Assembly (NCBI GenBank): GCA_048013815.1
Contig: CM106585.1
Location: forward strand, 8,184,001-8,248,000
Direction of reading: 5' to 3'
DNA from: Setoptus koraiensis
Taxonomy: Eukaryota; Animalia; Arthropoda
Length of the DNA stretch: 64,000 nt
Shown: positions 38,893 through 54,144 of the stretch, one piece after another
Layout: each line of letters begins with the position of its first letter
How positions within the stretch are numbered: position 1 is the first letter of the stretch
The notes under the pieces: generated by a model
Seen by the model: the letters and a program-made list of their open reading frames with translations, nothing else
Databases searched by the model: none
Told to the model about the DNA's origin: nothing
Position numbers and translations under genes: made by a program

Positions 38893-41008
38893 TCATCTTT
38901 TGCCGTCGGAGGCCGAAAAGTGATTCAAAATCTTTAGAACGCGCGTATTTACGACACTTCCGGCGTGCTTTCCGTACATGAAATCCAGATGATACCAATT
39001 GGAATCGGCAATGTTGTACTCGTAGAACAGGGGCACTACATCGATCGACAGCGAGATCATTTGTTAGTATTACTATTTTTTACATTTATGCGGCACATTT
39101 GTCATGAGCGAGCAAAAGCGAGGGTGCACTCACCTGTGAGCTCCCTCTTGAGGCGAATGAGGTCTTCCGGTTGGCCGAACCAGTCGTCTGAGCAGCTCAG
39201 CAAACTGATGGACCTGCTCCTGATGTGGGACACGTTGTAGTGGGGCGGGCTGGCCTGCGGACGCAAACAAGAGTGATCAATTTTGATTAGTTGATTAGTC
39301 GGTTAGTCGATGAGATGAGATGATTAGTTGATTAATTGATTAACGACGACCAATCGATTTATCGATCGGTCATTTGAAGGAGCCTCATTTTGATCACTCA
39401 ACAGAGGTGAAGCTGCAAATATCGGAGGCCCGATAGCGCCGCCAACAATGATGAATACTGATACAAACTAGACTCACCGATTGGTATTTGGCCTGGTTGC
39501 CGCTCTGTCCGTAGTCGTACATTTTAAACTCGCCACTACTGTACATTTGTCCGTAGTGATTTAGCACCTTCCAGCTGGTGCCCGCGGGAACGTGCCGGGC
39601 ATAAACGGGTATGCGGTCGTGATCGTATTGGCGCTCATTGTAGCCGGCGGCCAAGAACACCGTATTCTGGCACAATTCCGACTGTGACGAGCCCAAACAT
39701 ATCAGGGGCGCCAACAATGTTTGGGCGAGATTTCTTGTGGGTACGGGCGCAGTGAAATATTTTGTAATGGGCCTCAAATGTACCAAATGCCTCACCGGGC
39801 TGCTGGTGTGTTTCAAATATGCCACTGGGGCTAGGGCAACAAATGGCTCTATTACGTCAGTGTAGAGATCTGGTTGGGTGGCCAACAGGGCAAACATTGT
39901 GGCCGTTCCCTGAGAGTGGCCCACATAGGCCACTTTTGTATGTCCGGTTTGTCGTTGCACGTAGCTTATGATGGCGGGCAGATCGTATTTGACTAATTCG
40001 TCCAGACTAAAGTCCCAGTATTTGCGATCGCGATCAGGGTCTAGGCTGACGTGCTCTTTTGAGTATGTGTTGCCCCGAATGTTTGGCAGCCAAACATCGT
40101 AGCCGTTGTTGACGAGAGTGTAGGCCAAAGCGTTGGGAACCTTGCGAGCGCTGTGATGAAGGCGCTCTAAACCATCGGACAGACCGTCGGACAGACCGTC
40201 GGACAAGCCATCGGAAAAGCCGTCGCTTGGGCCGTCGCTTGGGCCGTCGGATGAGTTGGCATCGGATAAATTGTTGGAAATGGTAACGTTGCGCCCGGAT
40301 CTCACTCGGCGAGCCGTCTTTGTTGCGGCTGACAAATTGTCGGCGCCCGCTTGCTGCTGGCCGCCGGGCCTCTCAAAAATGTAGGGCCGTTTGGGTCTGA
40401 CGGTGTCGCGAGCGTTCATCACAAAGTCGTCCGACGAGCACATGAGGCCGTGCAATATGATAACGGGGCGCAACACTCTTCGCTCCTCGTTTGTGACTAG
40501 GGGATTGATAAGATGGTGTGTGGTGAGAATGTAGCCGTCTTGCGTGACCGTTTTGTGTATTTGCACCCGGAAGCCCCTCGACTCGGCCATTTGCGTCTGA
40601 AGTCGGCGGCGTTAATATGTAAATATTAATTAATCAGTGTTAATCAATTAATAAGTTAATTAATTGTAAGTGATGCTGCCGGATTGCTTGATTGTGCAGC
40701 GATCTTGCGTCGTGAGCACTGACTGCAATCATTAATTAGAACAATTAATTAGTACTTACGAAATTTCTGAACGCATCCGGATGCACCCCGGCGCTGGAAG
40801 TGCCGAACGTGCCGAACGTGCCCACCAGTGGCACGTCGGCAGACGATTCCAGGGAATTTTGACGAGATTCGCGCGAGCCATTGGCCAATCTTCTGCCAAA
40901 TCTACGGCCGCTCATGAATTGACTTGAACTATTTTGAATTTTATATGACAGCACCAACAGGATGACTGTCATGGCTTGAAGAGACACTGTTGGCAGGCTG
41001 ATTTTCAT
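38893..41008 (-). CDS. Acid/gastric triacylglycerol lipase family protein (lipase 3/LIPA-like alpha/beta hydrolase). Exons 40760-41008, 39478-40596, 39134-39254, 38893-39035
   Basis: Motifs HPDAFRNF/TQMAESRGF, TQDGYIL, PVIILHGLMCSS, GYDVWLPNIRGNTYSKEH, YWDFSLDE, VGHSQGT (catalytic Ser), SCSDDW (Asp) and NWYHLDF (His). All introns are GT-AG and phase-compatible. The N-terminus is hydrophobic. Confidence 0.93.
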
Positions 41009-43163
41009 TGTGCCAGCTTGCCGATGAATGATGATCGCAAATGTATGAAATTGATTAATTGATAACTTGTGCGTGTCAGCAATTAAATTAATTGATTGTG
41101 TTGTTGCATTTGCACTGTTGTCTCACTCGCACTGACGATTGTAGTGGATTGTCCAATTGGCTAGCTTCGTGTTATATAGTTATTTTGTAAACGCGTTGTA
41201 TCGCGCCTAAGTTATGGTTACAGTGCCCTGATGCGAAATGAATCGAAATGTCAAGCAAGCGAATGTATATAAAATCAGTGGAAATATCTCTCTAAAATGT
41301 TACATCAACATGGTGCAAAGTAGAAGCGACCTCGATTTGACAAGTTGCTGGCCGATTAGCGCCGACAGCGCCAGTTGCAACTTGTAAGACCTTGAATATG
41401 GTCGATGTATGATATATTGTGAATGCAACAGATCGTTAATTGAAAATCTTCTAAGAAAGAATCTGTTGACTTTGTTTGTACGTGATAATATTTGATTTAA
41501 CTGTACTGTATTGTAGTGGCTGTGCAATGTTAGATCTTGGCGCTGCAAACCAAACTGAAATCGAGCTGCTGACAAGCCGTTTGTGTACAGGCTTTTTCTA
41601 GAATAACAGTGTCAATAATAAACATAGGCATGTTTGCAATTGAATCACGTAGACAAGTGGCCGTGCAAAAGCAAGCAATGTTTGTGTGTGCTATATGAGT
41701 GGCCATCTAGCCATCTAATTGCTTACTATCTAATTGTCTAGTTTATTGTCTAGCCATGTAATTGGCTTATAACATGAGCGGTTGCTGCTATGTGACTCGT
41801 ACGCATTTGTCATTTCATTTGGCCGATTGTCAATGATCTGTCAATGACAACATTACTAATTATCGCCCATCAAAGTATCGTAATTGTTGAAACTGTCTGA
41901 TTTGAATTTCAAGTACTTTTCTAGTGCAAACTGACTAGTTGTCAGCAGGGATGGCAGCAGCAGCAGCAGCAGCGACGCCAGTTTGGCCAATCTGGCAAGA
42001 CAATATTATTGGTACCAGTAGTACCAAAATAGCACCACAGAACTTGTATACTGTAGTCTATAGTAGCAGTGCTTTGTCATCCTCATTAATGATTATGGCG
42101 CCACTAATGATTATACGCAACAGGTGATTACTGCTGCTCGATTGATTCAATTCACGCTGCCAATGAGCTGCTATGAGCCACCCGTATGTTATATGTGCAT
42201 AATGTTATATAACACATGACAATCATACACTATATACGTAACATATGTACGTTACGTATACTATATATATTGTATATCTACTATATATGTTGTGAGTTAT
42301 GTCAACTCATCCGAATTGAACTTGAACTTGAACTAGATTTGGCATAACGATGATGCCATAAATAAAAGAATAAATTACGTCATTAATGTGCCTCACACTA
42401 GCAACAGAATTACACCATGTGCGAAATGTTCAATGGCAAAGATTTTTTGAGGGGGACAGATATATATTACACCACAGCTACATTATTCGATTATGTCACG
42501 CGATTCCAATTGTCATTCGTAAACAGTTAGCGAAGATCGGGCAAGACTGAAACTTCCGGTTGAGGCTCGCACAAACAAAAACAACACACACACACACACA
42601 ATCGACAGTGTCCACTTATGCAAGCAGAGATCGGGATGACGATTGAATCGCCCATGAGCCTCAGTCACATGAGCTGTCAGAGGTCGAAGGTAATTATTTG
42701 CAATTATTATGTACAAGAGAGATACTGCAATAATGATGGACACAAGTTTCCGCACAGTTGACGCATTTCCGAAACTTTGCATCCTCTGTGCCGATGCGCT
42801 GCACAGACGAGATATCCGTTGCATAATATATCCGGCGCACAACTATTATAGTCGCTCGGCTCATTGGTTTGGCCCCGCTGGCAAGGCGAGAGTCGGCGAT
42901 TGTCGTTCGCGCCGGAGATTGTTATTCGCGTCGGAAAAAACCCATGGCGATGCTTATCAACAAACTTTAATTCATAATAATCATGTAATAAATAAGTTAT
43001 GCGCAGTAGTATCAACAGTGTTATCATGGTATCAATACAGTAGGTACATTGTCGGTGCACCAGTTAGCTTGGTGCATGAGCTAGCCAAATTTCCATTTCA
43101 TTTCGTTTCATTCCTTTCGTCACAGAGGCTTTGTGTGAGTGCTTGTCGTCGTCGTCGTCGTCA

Positions 43164-45417
<2,254 letters not shown>

Positions 45418-48400
45418 GGTTCCCTAATCAGCACACTCAATATCACAATCTGGTAGTAGTATTATCGAAAATTTTTTAAGTATTCACTATAATTCACTAG
45501 ATTCAATTCGATGTTTGAATTAAAACAAAAAAATGAGGAAATTAACATAATAATAACCTATCCACTCATATATAAACTAAACTACTGATCCAGCAACAGT
45601 AATCAGCAGACTAGCTTGCTCTCTTGGTTACCTTGCGGCATTTCCTCACACAGATAAACCAACTGAATGCTTGCTCAACTTGTATCTTGACTCCATCGAA
45701 ACAAAGATACAAGTTGTCTGTTCATTATTAATTTATCTTGGCTACAACAACAGCTACAACAACAACAACTACAACGACAACAACGGCAGCAACATGCACC
45801 ACTTCAATACGACCATGTAGTGCCTCGTGGTATTAATGCTGTTGTGGTGATCAACAACTGATATGACAAATGAAATGAAATTTCTAATCAAGTTACTAGC
45901 GATAGTGGTTTTGATCATGACAGCAACGTTCGCACCAAACTTATATGTATATCTGTCACACAATTCTGATGTGGTCTACATAGTGGCGCTGCCATGGTGT
46001 TTAGGTTTTTTTCCCGATGAAGATAGTCTAAGATGATAAACAATTGCAATAAGCGCACCAAACCAAATGGTGGCCAACAATAATAATTAATTATGTGCCA
46101 ATGATGATGGCCATCACAAGTGGCTATTGTAATTATAAAGCCAGCCACTTGTACGCCGGTCATCACTATGTCGCGCAATCTCGACGACTCAAGCGACAAC
46201 TCTCTACACGGCTGAACAATTAGCCAATTTGGCGCCTTAGTGACAAATAATTCAATTGTTGGATAGCATATGATGACATTTGATGACATTTCCATGACAA
46301 AAATGGCAAAATGGTGGCCAGCTTACAAGCTTGCCTTACAATTGAAAAGAAACTCTTTGCAACACAGTTTCGAGCTGTGCAGCAAATCAACCTCAGCCTT
46401 TATTCTAACAAAAGTTTGCACTTGCTATTCAGATAATGTACAACCAGATAATAGCTAGCTGTATGCCAGCGCGGATCAATGGCGTCGGCCAACCGGAAGT
46501 TGATAAAACTAGCGAAAGCTCGCTGGTCTTTTTGCCCGTCGCGATAATTACCATTTCAAAGAAAAAATTCCAATTTTTCAATTTGAATTTGGCGCATCGG
46601 CACATCTTTTGTGCAGTGTGCAGAGGATTGTCGCTCACAGTGAACACACACAACAGTACTGTAAGTAGAACGCCTGCAACAATGGGCGACCTACACTGCG
46701 TGGGCGGCCTACACTGTGCCCCCAAACGCAGTGTTGCGTTATATATTATATAACGCATTATATAACGCACCAGAGCAAATGATTTGTGTATACTTTTGCC
46801 GTCGATTGGCCTCTTGCCACAGGACTCCTGTGACAGGATTGCCGTGTGTCTGTGAGAGAGGGAGAGAGAAACAATAATTGATTATTGTCTGAATGATCGC
46901 ACAAGTTCGGTTTGCGTCAACGTGCCAAGTGCCAGTACCGACATACTCAAATTAATTATATAACAGTCGGGCGGCTTGCATGCGTTGCGGGCGACACTCC
47001 TCTGATCGGCCTGCGTCTGTTGGCTCGCTGGAAAAATTCAGCTGGAGGCCTCAATTAGCATAGCGCAACAACATGTCACACTGTTACGTGATGATAGCGC
47101 GACTTTGCCGTGCCATTGATACTGTATCAAATTGATACTATCAATGGTACATGGATTTGCATTGCCAGTGATTGCATTGCCGGCGCCATTGTCAAGTGCG
47201 ATTCAATTGTTGCTGTGCCGGCTTCTCCGTGGCACAGTTGCCATATAATGTGCCCACAGCGACGGCGTAATTAGTTGTTGCGGGCGTGCGCGAGTTTGCA
47301 TGGTTGTTCGCACTAATTGCATTGCGCTAGTTAGTGTTGTTAGGCCAGTTAGCGTTGTTAGTGTGCGTTATCAAGTGTGATCAGTGTGATTGCAGATGAT
47401 TTAAGGCTCGACTGCTCGACTACTGTCGCTGTAGTGGCAGTGCGTTCTCACAGGTTAGCACTATCTCTGTAGGGCGATAATCAGAGTCTGATTATCAGAC
47501 AGTCTGATAATCAGACTCTGATTGACTAGCAGTCGACTGCCAGTCGACTGGCGGTGCTCGCAGTGTGGTGTGCAGCAGCAGCAGCAGCAGCACTGCTAAC
47601 AACTGGCGTGTATTGTCGGCCCAACAAACTAACCTGTTTGCCCTTCAATCTGCTAACGTCAGTTTGACGAAAGTTCACCTAGAGGCGCTGCAATGTGTCA
47701 AGTTGATAAATGAAAGTGAGCTCATTACCGAGCGCAAGCAGCCGCCAATACACGACTGTAAATTACTGTCTGTAATACACGCTAGTGGCGCGCGAAAGTG
47801 ATTCACTAGCCACAAAGAGTTGCCCACAAATTTGGTGCAACTCATGTTGCAGCTATGCTGTGCACCTACTCTCTGTGCACCGGCGCCCACTATCTTTTTG
47901 TGCGCATCTGCTGATGCTGCAGTTGCACCATACAGATTATTTATAGATAATTAAATGATACACCTGTGTCACATATGGTGTCATATATGGCGTCATTAAC
48001 CACTTGCAAAGCCTGAAAACAGCTCTGTTCATTAACAGAGACAACATTAACTAAAAACTACCAACAGAGCGAACTTGTGTACGGCTGTCACCATATCACC
48101 ATGTAAAGAGGGTGAGGATCAATCCGACTAGGGCCAAGAGCTTCTGCGCAGCGCACAAGCACAGAGAGTGCAAAGTGGTGATATGTGCCCTGTTGCGCTA
48201 TGGCTTTAAACGTGCCCAAAATGCTTGCTTACGCACGAACTGTGCGATAGCAAGCGAGCGCAGATTTTTCTGGTGGTCGACATTAGTTTACAAAAGGTTC
48301 GCGAGGGCGGCGCTGCACTGCATTCTTGAACAATGATTCTTCGTTGAACAAGATATGAGCAGCGCCTCTGTTGGATATTTCATAAAACATCGGTGCACAT

Positions 48401-48716
48401 TGAAAGCAGCGTGCGGTGTTTTTGTGCACAAAATGCACTGTGGAAGGCATTGTAGCATAATCTGTAGGAACTGGGTAGTTGATTGAGACACCCTGTACAT
48501 GTATTGCTATAGTTACTAACTAGTAGTTGGTATGGCGGTCACCAGGGAATGCGGTGAGTGCAGGAAAAAAGAAGAAGAAAACGTATTGAATGCGCACCAT
48601 TCTGGGAAAACAGGCGCAGCGGTGAACAGCAGTGCGATATTGTGCACTTTAACGCAAGCGTCCCCATGCGGCATTTCATCGCATCTGATCGTGTCGGTGT
48701 AAAAAAGTCAAACTAG

Positions 48717-48744
48717 CACACACACACACACACACACACACACA
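48717..48744. repeat. (CA)14 microsatellite
   Basis: Direct reading. Confidence 0.96.
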
Positions 48745-49252
48745 TTGGCACAGAGAGTGACAAAATACACACTGTACTAACGAGAAACAGTTTGCTCTTT
48801 TCTCTAGAAAAAAAAAATCAATCATCATCATGTTTATTAACTAGACACTATATTGCACTTGATACATACAATTATCAAACACCTGATACCTCTACACAAT
48901 ATTATTACAACTACTATACACTATTAATTATAAATTATAAATAATATTATTACTATTATTATAACTATTACCATTTGCCACAACTATCAGGGATACTGCT
49001 GATATTATTACTATTGTAGAATTATTTAAAGCCACAACTATCGCCAATACTGCTGATATTATATTACTATTGTAGAATTATTTAAATTGGATCACAAATT
49101 GCGACGACACGGCCCCAGCACAATTATCATCATCATTACTACTTCTTTCACCTAACACATTATTACATTATTATTGATATTATTGATATTATTACCGTGG
49201 TGGTCGCCGCCGACGTCGTTATCTCACAACATAAAATGTATTGCCTGCCTAA

Positions 49253-50701
49253 ATGGCCCCCTTGCCACCCCTCAAACAATCTACAAATGATTTAGCTCCG
49301 TCATGGTTGAAGTCTCCCTCCTCATTTACATTGCAACAACAACAACAACCTTTGGCAACATCGACACAACAACAAATACAACAACAGCACCAGCAGCAAT
49401 CGACTAACGCTTACAATAACAACAATATTATTACAAATACAAACGCTACACCCTCCTATTCCTCGTCCTCTTCTTCTTCTTCCTCTTCCTTCATCACATC
49501 CTCGACTTTGCAGCCGACCTCTCACCCTATTTACACGCAACAGCCCTCTTTAATTAGCAATGGCTCAGCATCAGCATCATCGTCATCGTCGGTATGGGAT
49601 GGCAATGTAAAAATAAAGGTCTTAAGCAATCCTATCAATAAGTTCCATCGTTATTACCGTTCACGTGTCTTAATAAATAGATTGGAAGCATCTACTACAG
49701 TTAATAATAGCTACTTTAATAATAGCAACAAGCAGTCAACAGCATTAGCCTTACCAACGCCAATTTATAATGGCAACAACAATACCAACATCACTAGCAA
49801 CAATACAATTAATAACAACTATAACACTAACAACAATCATAGCCAACACCAGCAACAGCATCCACTGCACCATCACCTAGCTGAGAGAAAAGATAGTAGT
49901 ACCAATGGTCATAGGTCTGCTCCAACGCGTCACTATCAAGTCCAACAACCGCAACAACAACAGCAGCAACAGCAACAACAACAACAACAGCAACCACAAA
50001 AGACGGTACCACAGCAGCAACAATTGATGCAAAGTTTTGATACGAACTATAACCAGCACAATTATTTAAAATATAGGCAGCATACCATAGCGGCGCCCAA
50101 TTCTAAGATAAAATCTGCCTGGTCAGATGATGATGGTTCGTCAGATGAGATTGAGGAGGATGATCTGAGTGATGAGCATTCACTACGTCGAGATGCCAGT
50201 GAATCAAAAACTTCCGATGCCAATAATTCATCAAATTCAGATACTACCAGTAGTTCTGCTAGCTACAGGCCTGCGGTCAACGGGACAGCAGTATCATCCG
50301 AGCCTATTGTAATTAATAACGGTAATAGTAAAACAATAAATTTGAATTCATCAAGTCCCCATCATCAGCATAAGCAGTCTCCGAGGCAAGGAAGTTACAA
50401 GAATGGATTTCATTGCTCATTGGAGCAAAACAATCATCTCAGACATAGTGATCTGGACGATCTAGATGGAAGTCTGTCTAGATCGCCAATGTCTGAAGAA
50501 GAGAGACGATTGTTGCGCACTATGGGCTGGAAAGAGGACGGAGACGATGATTTGTATGCTCCTTTAACAGACGACGAAGTACAAGAATTCGTTGAGCGCT
50601 TTAAAAAGTTGCAAACACAAAATGGCACCACTAGCAGCAATAAGTTGATCAAAGCTAATACAAGTCTAAATAGACGACTTGCTAGTGATAAGAACCTGTA
50701 G
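49253..50701 (+). CDS. GPBP1: Vasculin / GPBP1-like protein, single coding exon, 482 aa
   Basis: N-terminal NDLAPSWL (cf. HDFAPAWL) and C-terminal EEERRLLRTMGWKEDGDDDLYAPLTDDEVQEF (cf. EAEHRLLKEMGWQE...APLTEDEMREF) are the two conserved vasculin-family blocks. The middle is N/Q/S low complexity. GPBP1 versus GPBP1L1 cannot be distinguished. Confidence 0.85.
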   Translation: MAPLPPLKQSTNDLAPSWLKSPSSFTLQQQQQPLATSTQQQIQQQHQQQSTNAYNNNNIITNTNATPSYSSSSSSSSSSFITSSTLQPTSHPIYTQQPSLISNGSASASSSSSVWDGNVKIKVLSNPINKFHRYYRSRVLINRLEASTTVNNSYFNNSNKQSTALALPTPIYNGNNNTNITSNNTINNNYNTNNNHSQHQQQHPLHHHLAERKDSSTNGHRSAPTRHYQVQQPQQQQQQQQQQQQQQPQKTVPQQQQLMQSFDTNYNQHNYLKYRQHTIAAPNSKIKSAWSDDDGSSDEIEEDDLSDEHSLRRDASESKTSDANNSSNSDTTSSSASYRPAVNGTAVSSEPIVINNGNSKTINLNSSSPHHQHKQSPRQGSYKNGFHCSLEQNNHLRHSDLDDLDGSLSRSPMSEEERRLLRTMGWKEDGDDDLYAPLTDDEVQEFVERFKKLQTQNGTTSSNKLIKANTSLNRRLASDKNL

Positions 50702-53700
50702 TTCAAGTTAAATTTTGTCAAAGTGATTCTAAATATGGTTTTCTTTTTCATCAATAAATCGCCATTGGGTAACAATTGCATCTTGTTCTAATAATCGTCT
50801 TATCTCATTCATTATTGGTTGCACACTTTATCAATTATTGATTTTATTGATGATGACAAATATACTACATTATAATACATTTATTTCATCATCTTTACTG
50901 CCTTTTTACTATCGATTACTGAGTTGGCTGCAAGCACCCGCTCGTGTCCATTGTATCAAGAATCTCGGCCCTTTCAACTTTTCTACGACTCTAGATTATG
51001 GATAAAACAATGCTCGCTTACGACGCTCGACGCCGTAAAACAAACATTATCATAGCCTAACCGTCATCAATGGGAAAGTTAGTACTAGGAAAAATTTTCC
51101 TCCCTCAAGATAAACTCGTGGCAAGGCCGTATCAATAATAGATGCGGCCAAAATTAGGCCAGAGCCCAAGCCAAGGCGCTTGCCTTTTGCGGTGTCATAT
51201 TGCACGCTGGCCGCTTGCTATAGTTATTACATTTAAAAACGGGTATTGATTATTCGCCCTTAAAGTGATTGAGTAAACGCCATTGATATAAATTGAAAAA
51301 ATCTCATAAGCTGTTGGCAAGCATTCACTCATTTGTTTGCGAGTACAAGGTGATATATGGTCGATATCCAAGTTTATAAATTGTCATCTTGAAGGCATTA
51401 AATCATTGGCCAACAACGACGAATCACAGTTACGACAACAGCAACAGCAGCAACAACAACAACAACAACAACAATAGAAAGTTAGCGGATATGGGACAGA
51501 TCCGCTGGCTGTTGCAAAAGTGTGTCGAAGTCAGACGAAAGCTCGAGTCGTCTGTCACACTTTGTGTCTAATGCAGTCTATTGTAGTGACTAAACGAGCA
51601 CGGATGGAACAGGTTAGAGGTAGCTGCAGTTTGATTATAAAGGCTAAATGATAAGAAGAAAGAGAAATAACAAAGATCACGCCGCAATCAATATTTTGGA
51701 TATGTAACACACCGATTGAATGACTGACAGACAGATAGAAAACAATAAGACGAAAAGTTGTAGACGAAGACAAGCGATGCTAATCGACGGAAACTATTAC
51801 CAATATTACGGTTATTACATTTATTGTTGTTGTTGTTGTGGGCTAAATATCGACCATAATATCTGGTAAACGTCTTCCTTATATCTCAAAAGTTATCTTG
51901 CAAGTTGCAACCAATGAGCCGTTGGCCATGAATCAACTAACTAGCAGCTGAGGCCAATCTGCAAAATATAACAACAACAACAATATTATATTTTTAGTGT
52001 TCGTGATCAATTAAGAAAGCTGACATTTTCATTACGCTGGCGTGCAATCATGATACACACGCTAGTGAGCTGTAATTCAAGGTGAATTCAACCACTTATT
52101 ATTATTTGCGATAGGGAATATCGAGATACATATCGATGTATGTAGAGTGGTAGTTACACTTTCGCTTGTTTCTCTTCGTTTCTCGTCAGGCTTACTTTGC
52201 CGCCAACATGGGCTTGTATCATACAAGTTGCATGGGACAGCCAGCGCGACTCACCTGTCCCATGCAAGTTGCCTTTCACTCTCTCTCTCTCTCTCTCTCT
52301 CTGTCTGTAGCTCTAGATCACCTGTTCACCTGTCTTGCACATATTACACCATTATCGCTACATATTCGCGCACATTCACATGTGAATCTGAAATGCTCGC
52401 CGAACTGAACAGTTGGAAGCGACTCTACAGACTTGGGTGGGAGTAGGCCTATTTGAGCTATACACTCACCGTTATATTATTGCCAAGATTGTTTACTCCC
52501 TCAAACAACAGCAACAACAACAACTGCCTGTTGCAACACCTGTAGTGCATGCGGTGGATAAGTTAGCGAAAAGAAGGTCGCAACAGTTGTGTGGCACACA
52601 AAGAAGAAAATAGGAAAAAATGGCTCAGTCGAGCCATTATGCAATTACAATCAATTGTCTTGTTTTTTTCCTTCAAAATCTCTCTCGTGAATGTCGCTCG
52701 CTGGCGAACAGCGCCAGTCTAGCCTAGACTGTCTAAGTGTTGCCAATATTTGGGCGCCAGGTATAAGCCATCTTCTTCACAACGAAGCAAGCATTCAGTG
52801 GGCAGTGAGCGAACGGTATCAATGTGCCGAGGATTGGCAAGCTGAATCAACGGAGGCTTGCTTGTCGGTTGTCAAAAGTGAAATTCAAGGTTGCCAGCCC
52901 GACAATTGTGATACTAAATAGAAAGAGATGAAGCGAAAACACATCACACATCAACTGTTCGTGTGCCAGTGCGAATAGATGATCATAAATCATATTAATT
53001 CATCAAATCTCTGTGTTGCTGCATATCTGATACAGACAAGTTATTGTAATTCGATAAGTCAACAAGTGACAGTCGTCAGTGAACATGAAACAAATGTGAA
53101 AATAGTTGCAAGATTAATGAGAACGAGCCAAATGTATCAATTGAATTAGATCAACAACACAATACATCATGTTGCAATGATAATAGTTTACTTAAGTTAC
53201 TAAAGTTTGTAAGTGAAGAAAAGAAGCGCTCGCTGAGTAGGCAATCGTAGGAGAAATCGCCGATAGAATGGCAAGAATCGAAAACAAAGAATAGGAAGAA
53301 AAAAGCAGCGAATGAACAATCTTCAATCAACAACAAAAAAGGTCAACAACGAGGATCACCAGCCGCGATTGATGCCACTAGATAGGTAGATAAATAAATG
53401 TTTTAGAATAAAAAAGACAGAAACAACGCACTCGCCGATAAGTCAACTAGTGAATCTAGTGTCGCTGTTAGCAGTAGCCTCAAGTGGTTGGGATGAAGTG
53501 GCACTGTCATCATTAAGCGGTCTTAACCAACCACCATTGATAACAACAATAGCCAATCAATCTTAATTGCGTCGAGGTCGCCTCTTCTTCTTCTTCTCGT
53601 TCGTTCGTGTCAACCCAACAACAGCGACACCAGCAACAACAACGACAGCAACAACAACACCGACAACGACAGCAGCAACAACAACAACGACAGCAACAAC

Positions 53701-54144
53701 AACAACGACAGCAACGACGACAGGTGAGTTCGGTTCAGGCCGATAGATCGACCGGCGAGCTTGTCGGCCGTCACACTGGCTTTTCGAGCGAGCTGTCGGC
53801 GAAAGATTTTCGACCGGCGTGCTAGATGCAAGCCAGAGCCGAGTAGAGTGAGTGAGAGAGAGAGATGTAACGGTTGCACAAGCGAAGAGAGATTTATTTT
53901 CTACAACATAGCCAGCCAGTTCATTACATAATAACAACAATAATAATAGTAATAATAATAACGATAATGATAACAATAATCATGGCAACAACAATATCCG
54001 GCCCATTCTCGCGAGCTCGACAGCCACAGTGGCAGCTGATGGTTGGTGCTTTGCTCTTGTGGCGATACGTGCCCGGTCGCCGGTTTGCACTGTGCGCTTA
54101 CGAATTTGTTACAAGTTTGTGGTTTTGTCTCAAACCGGAAGTTG

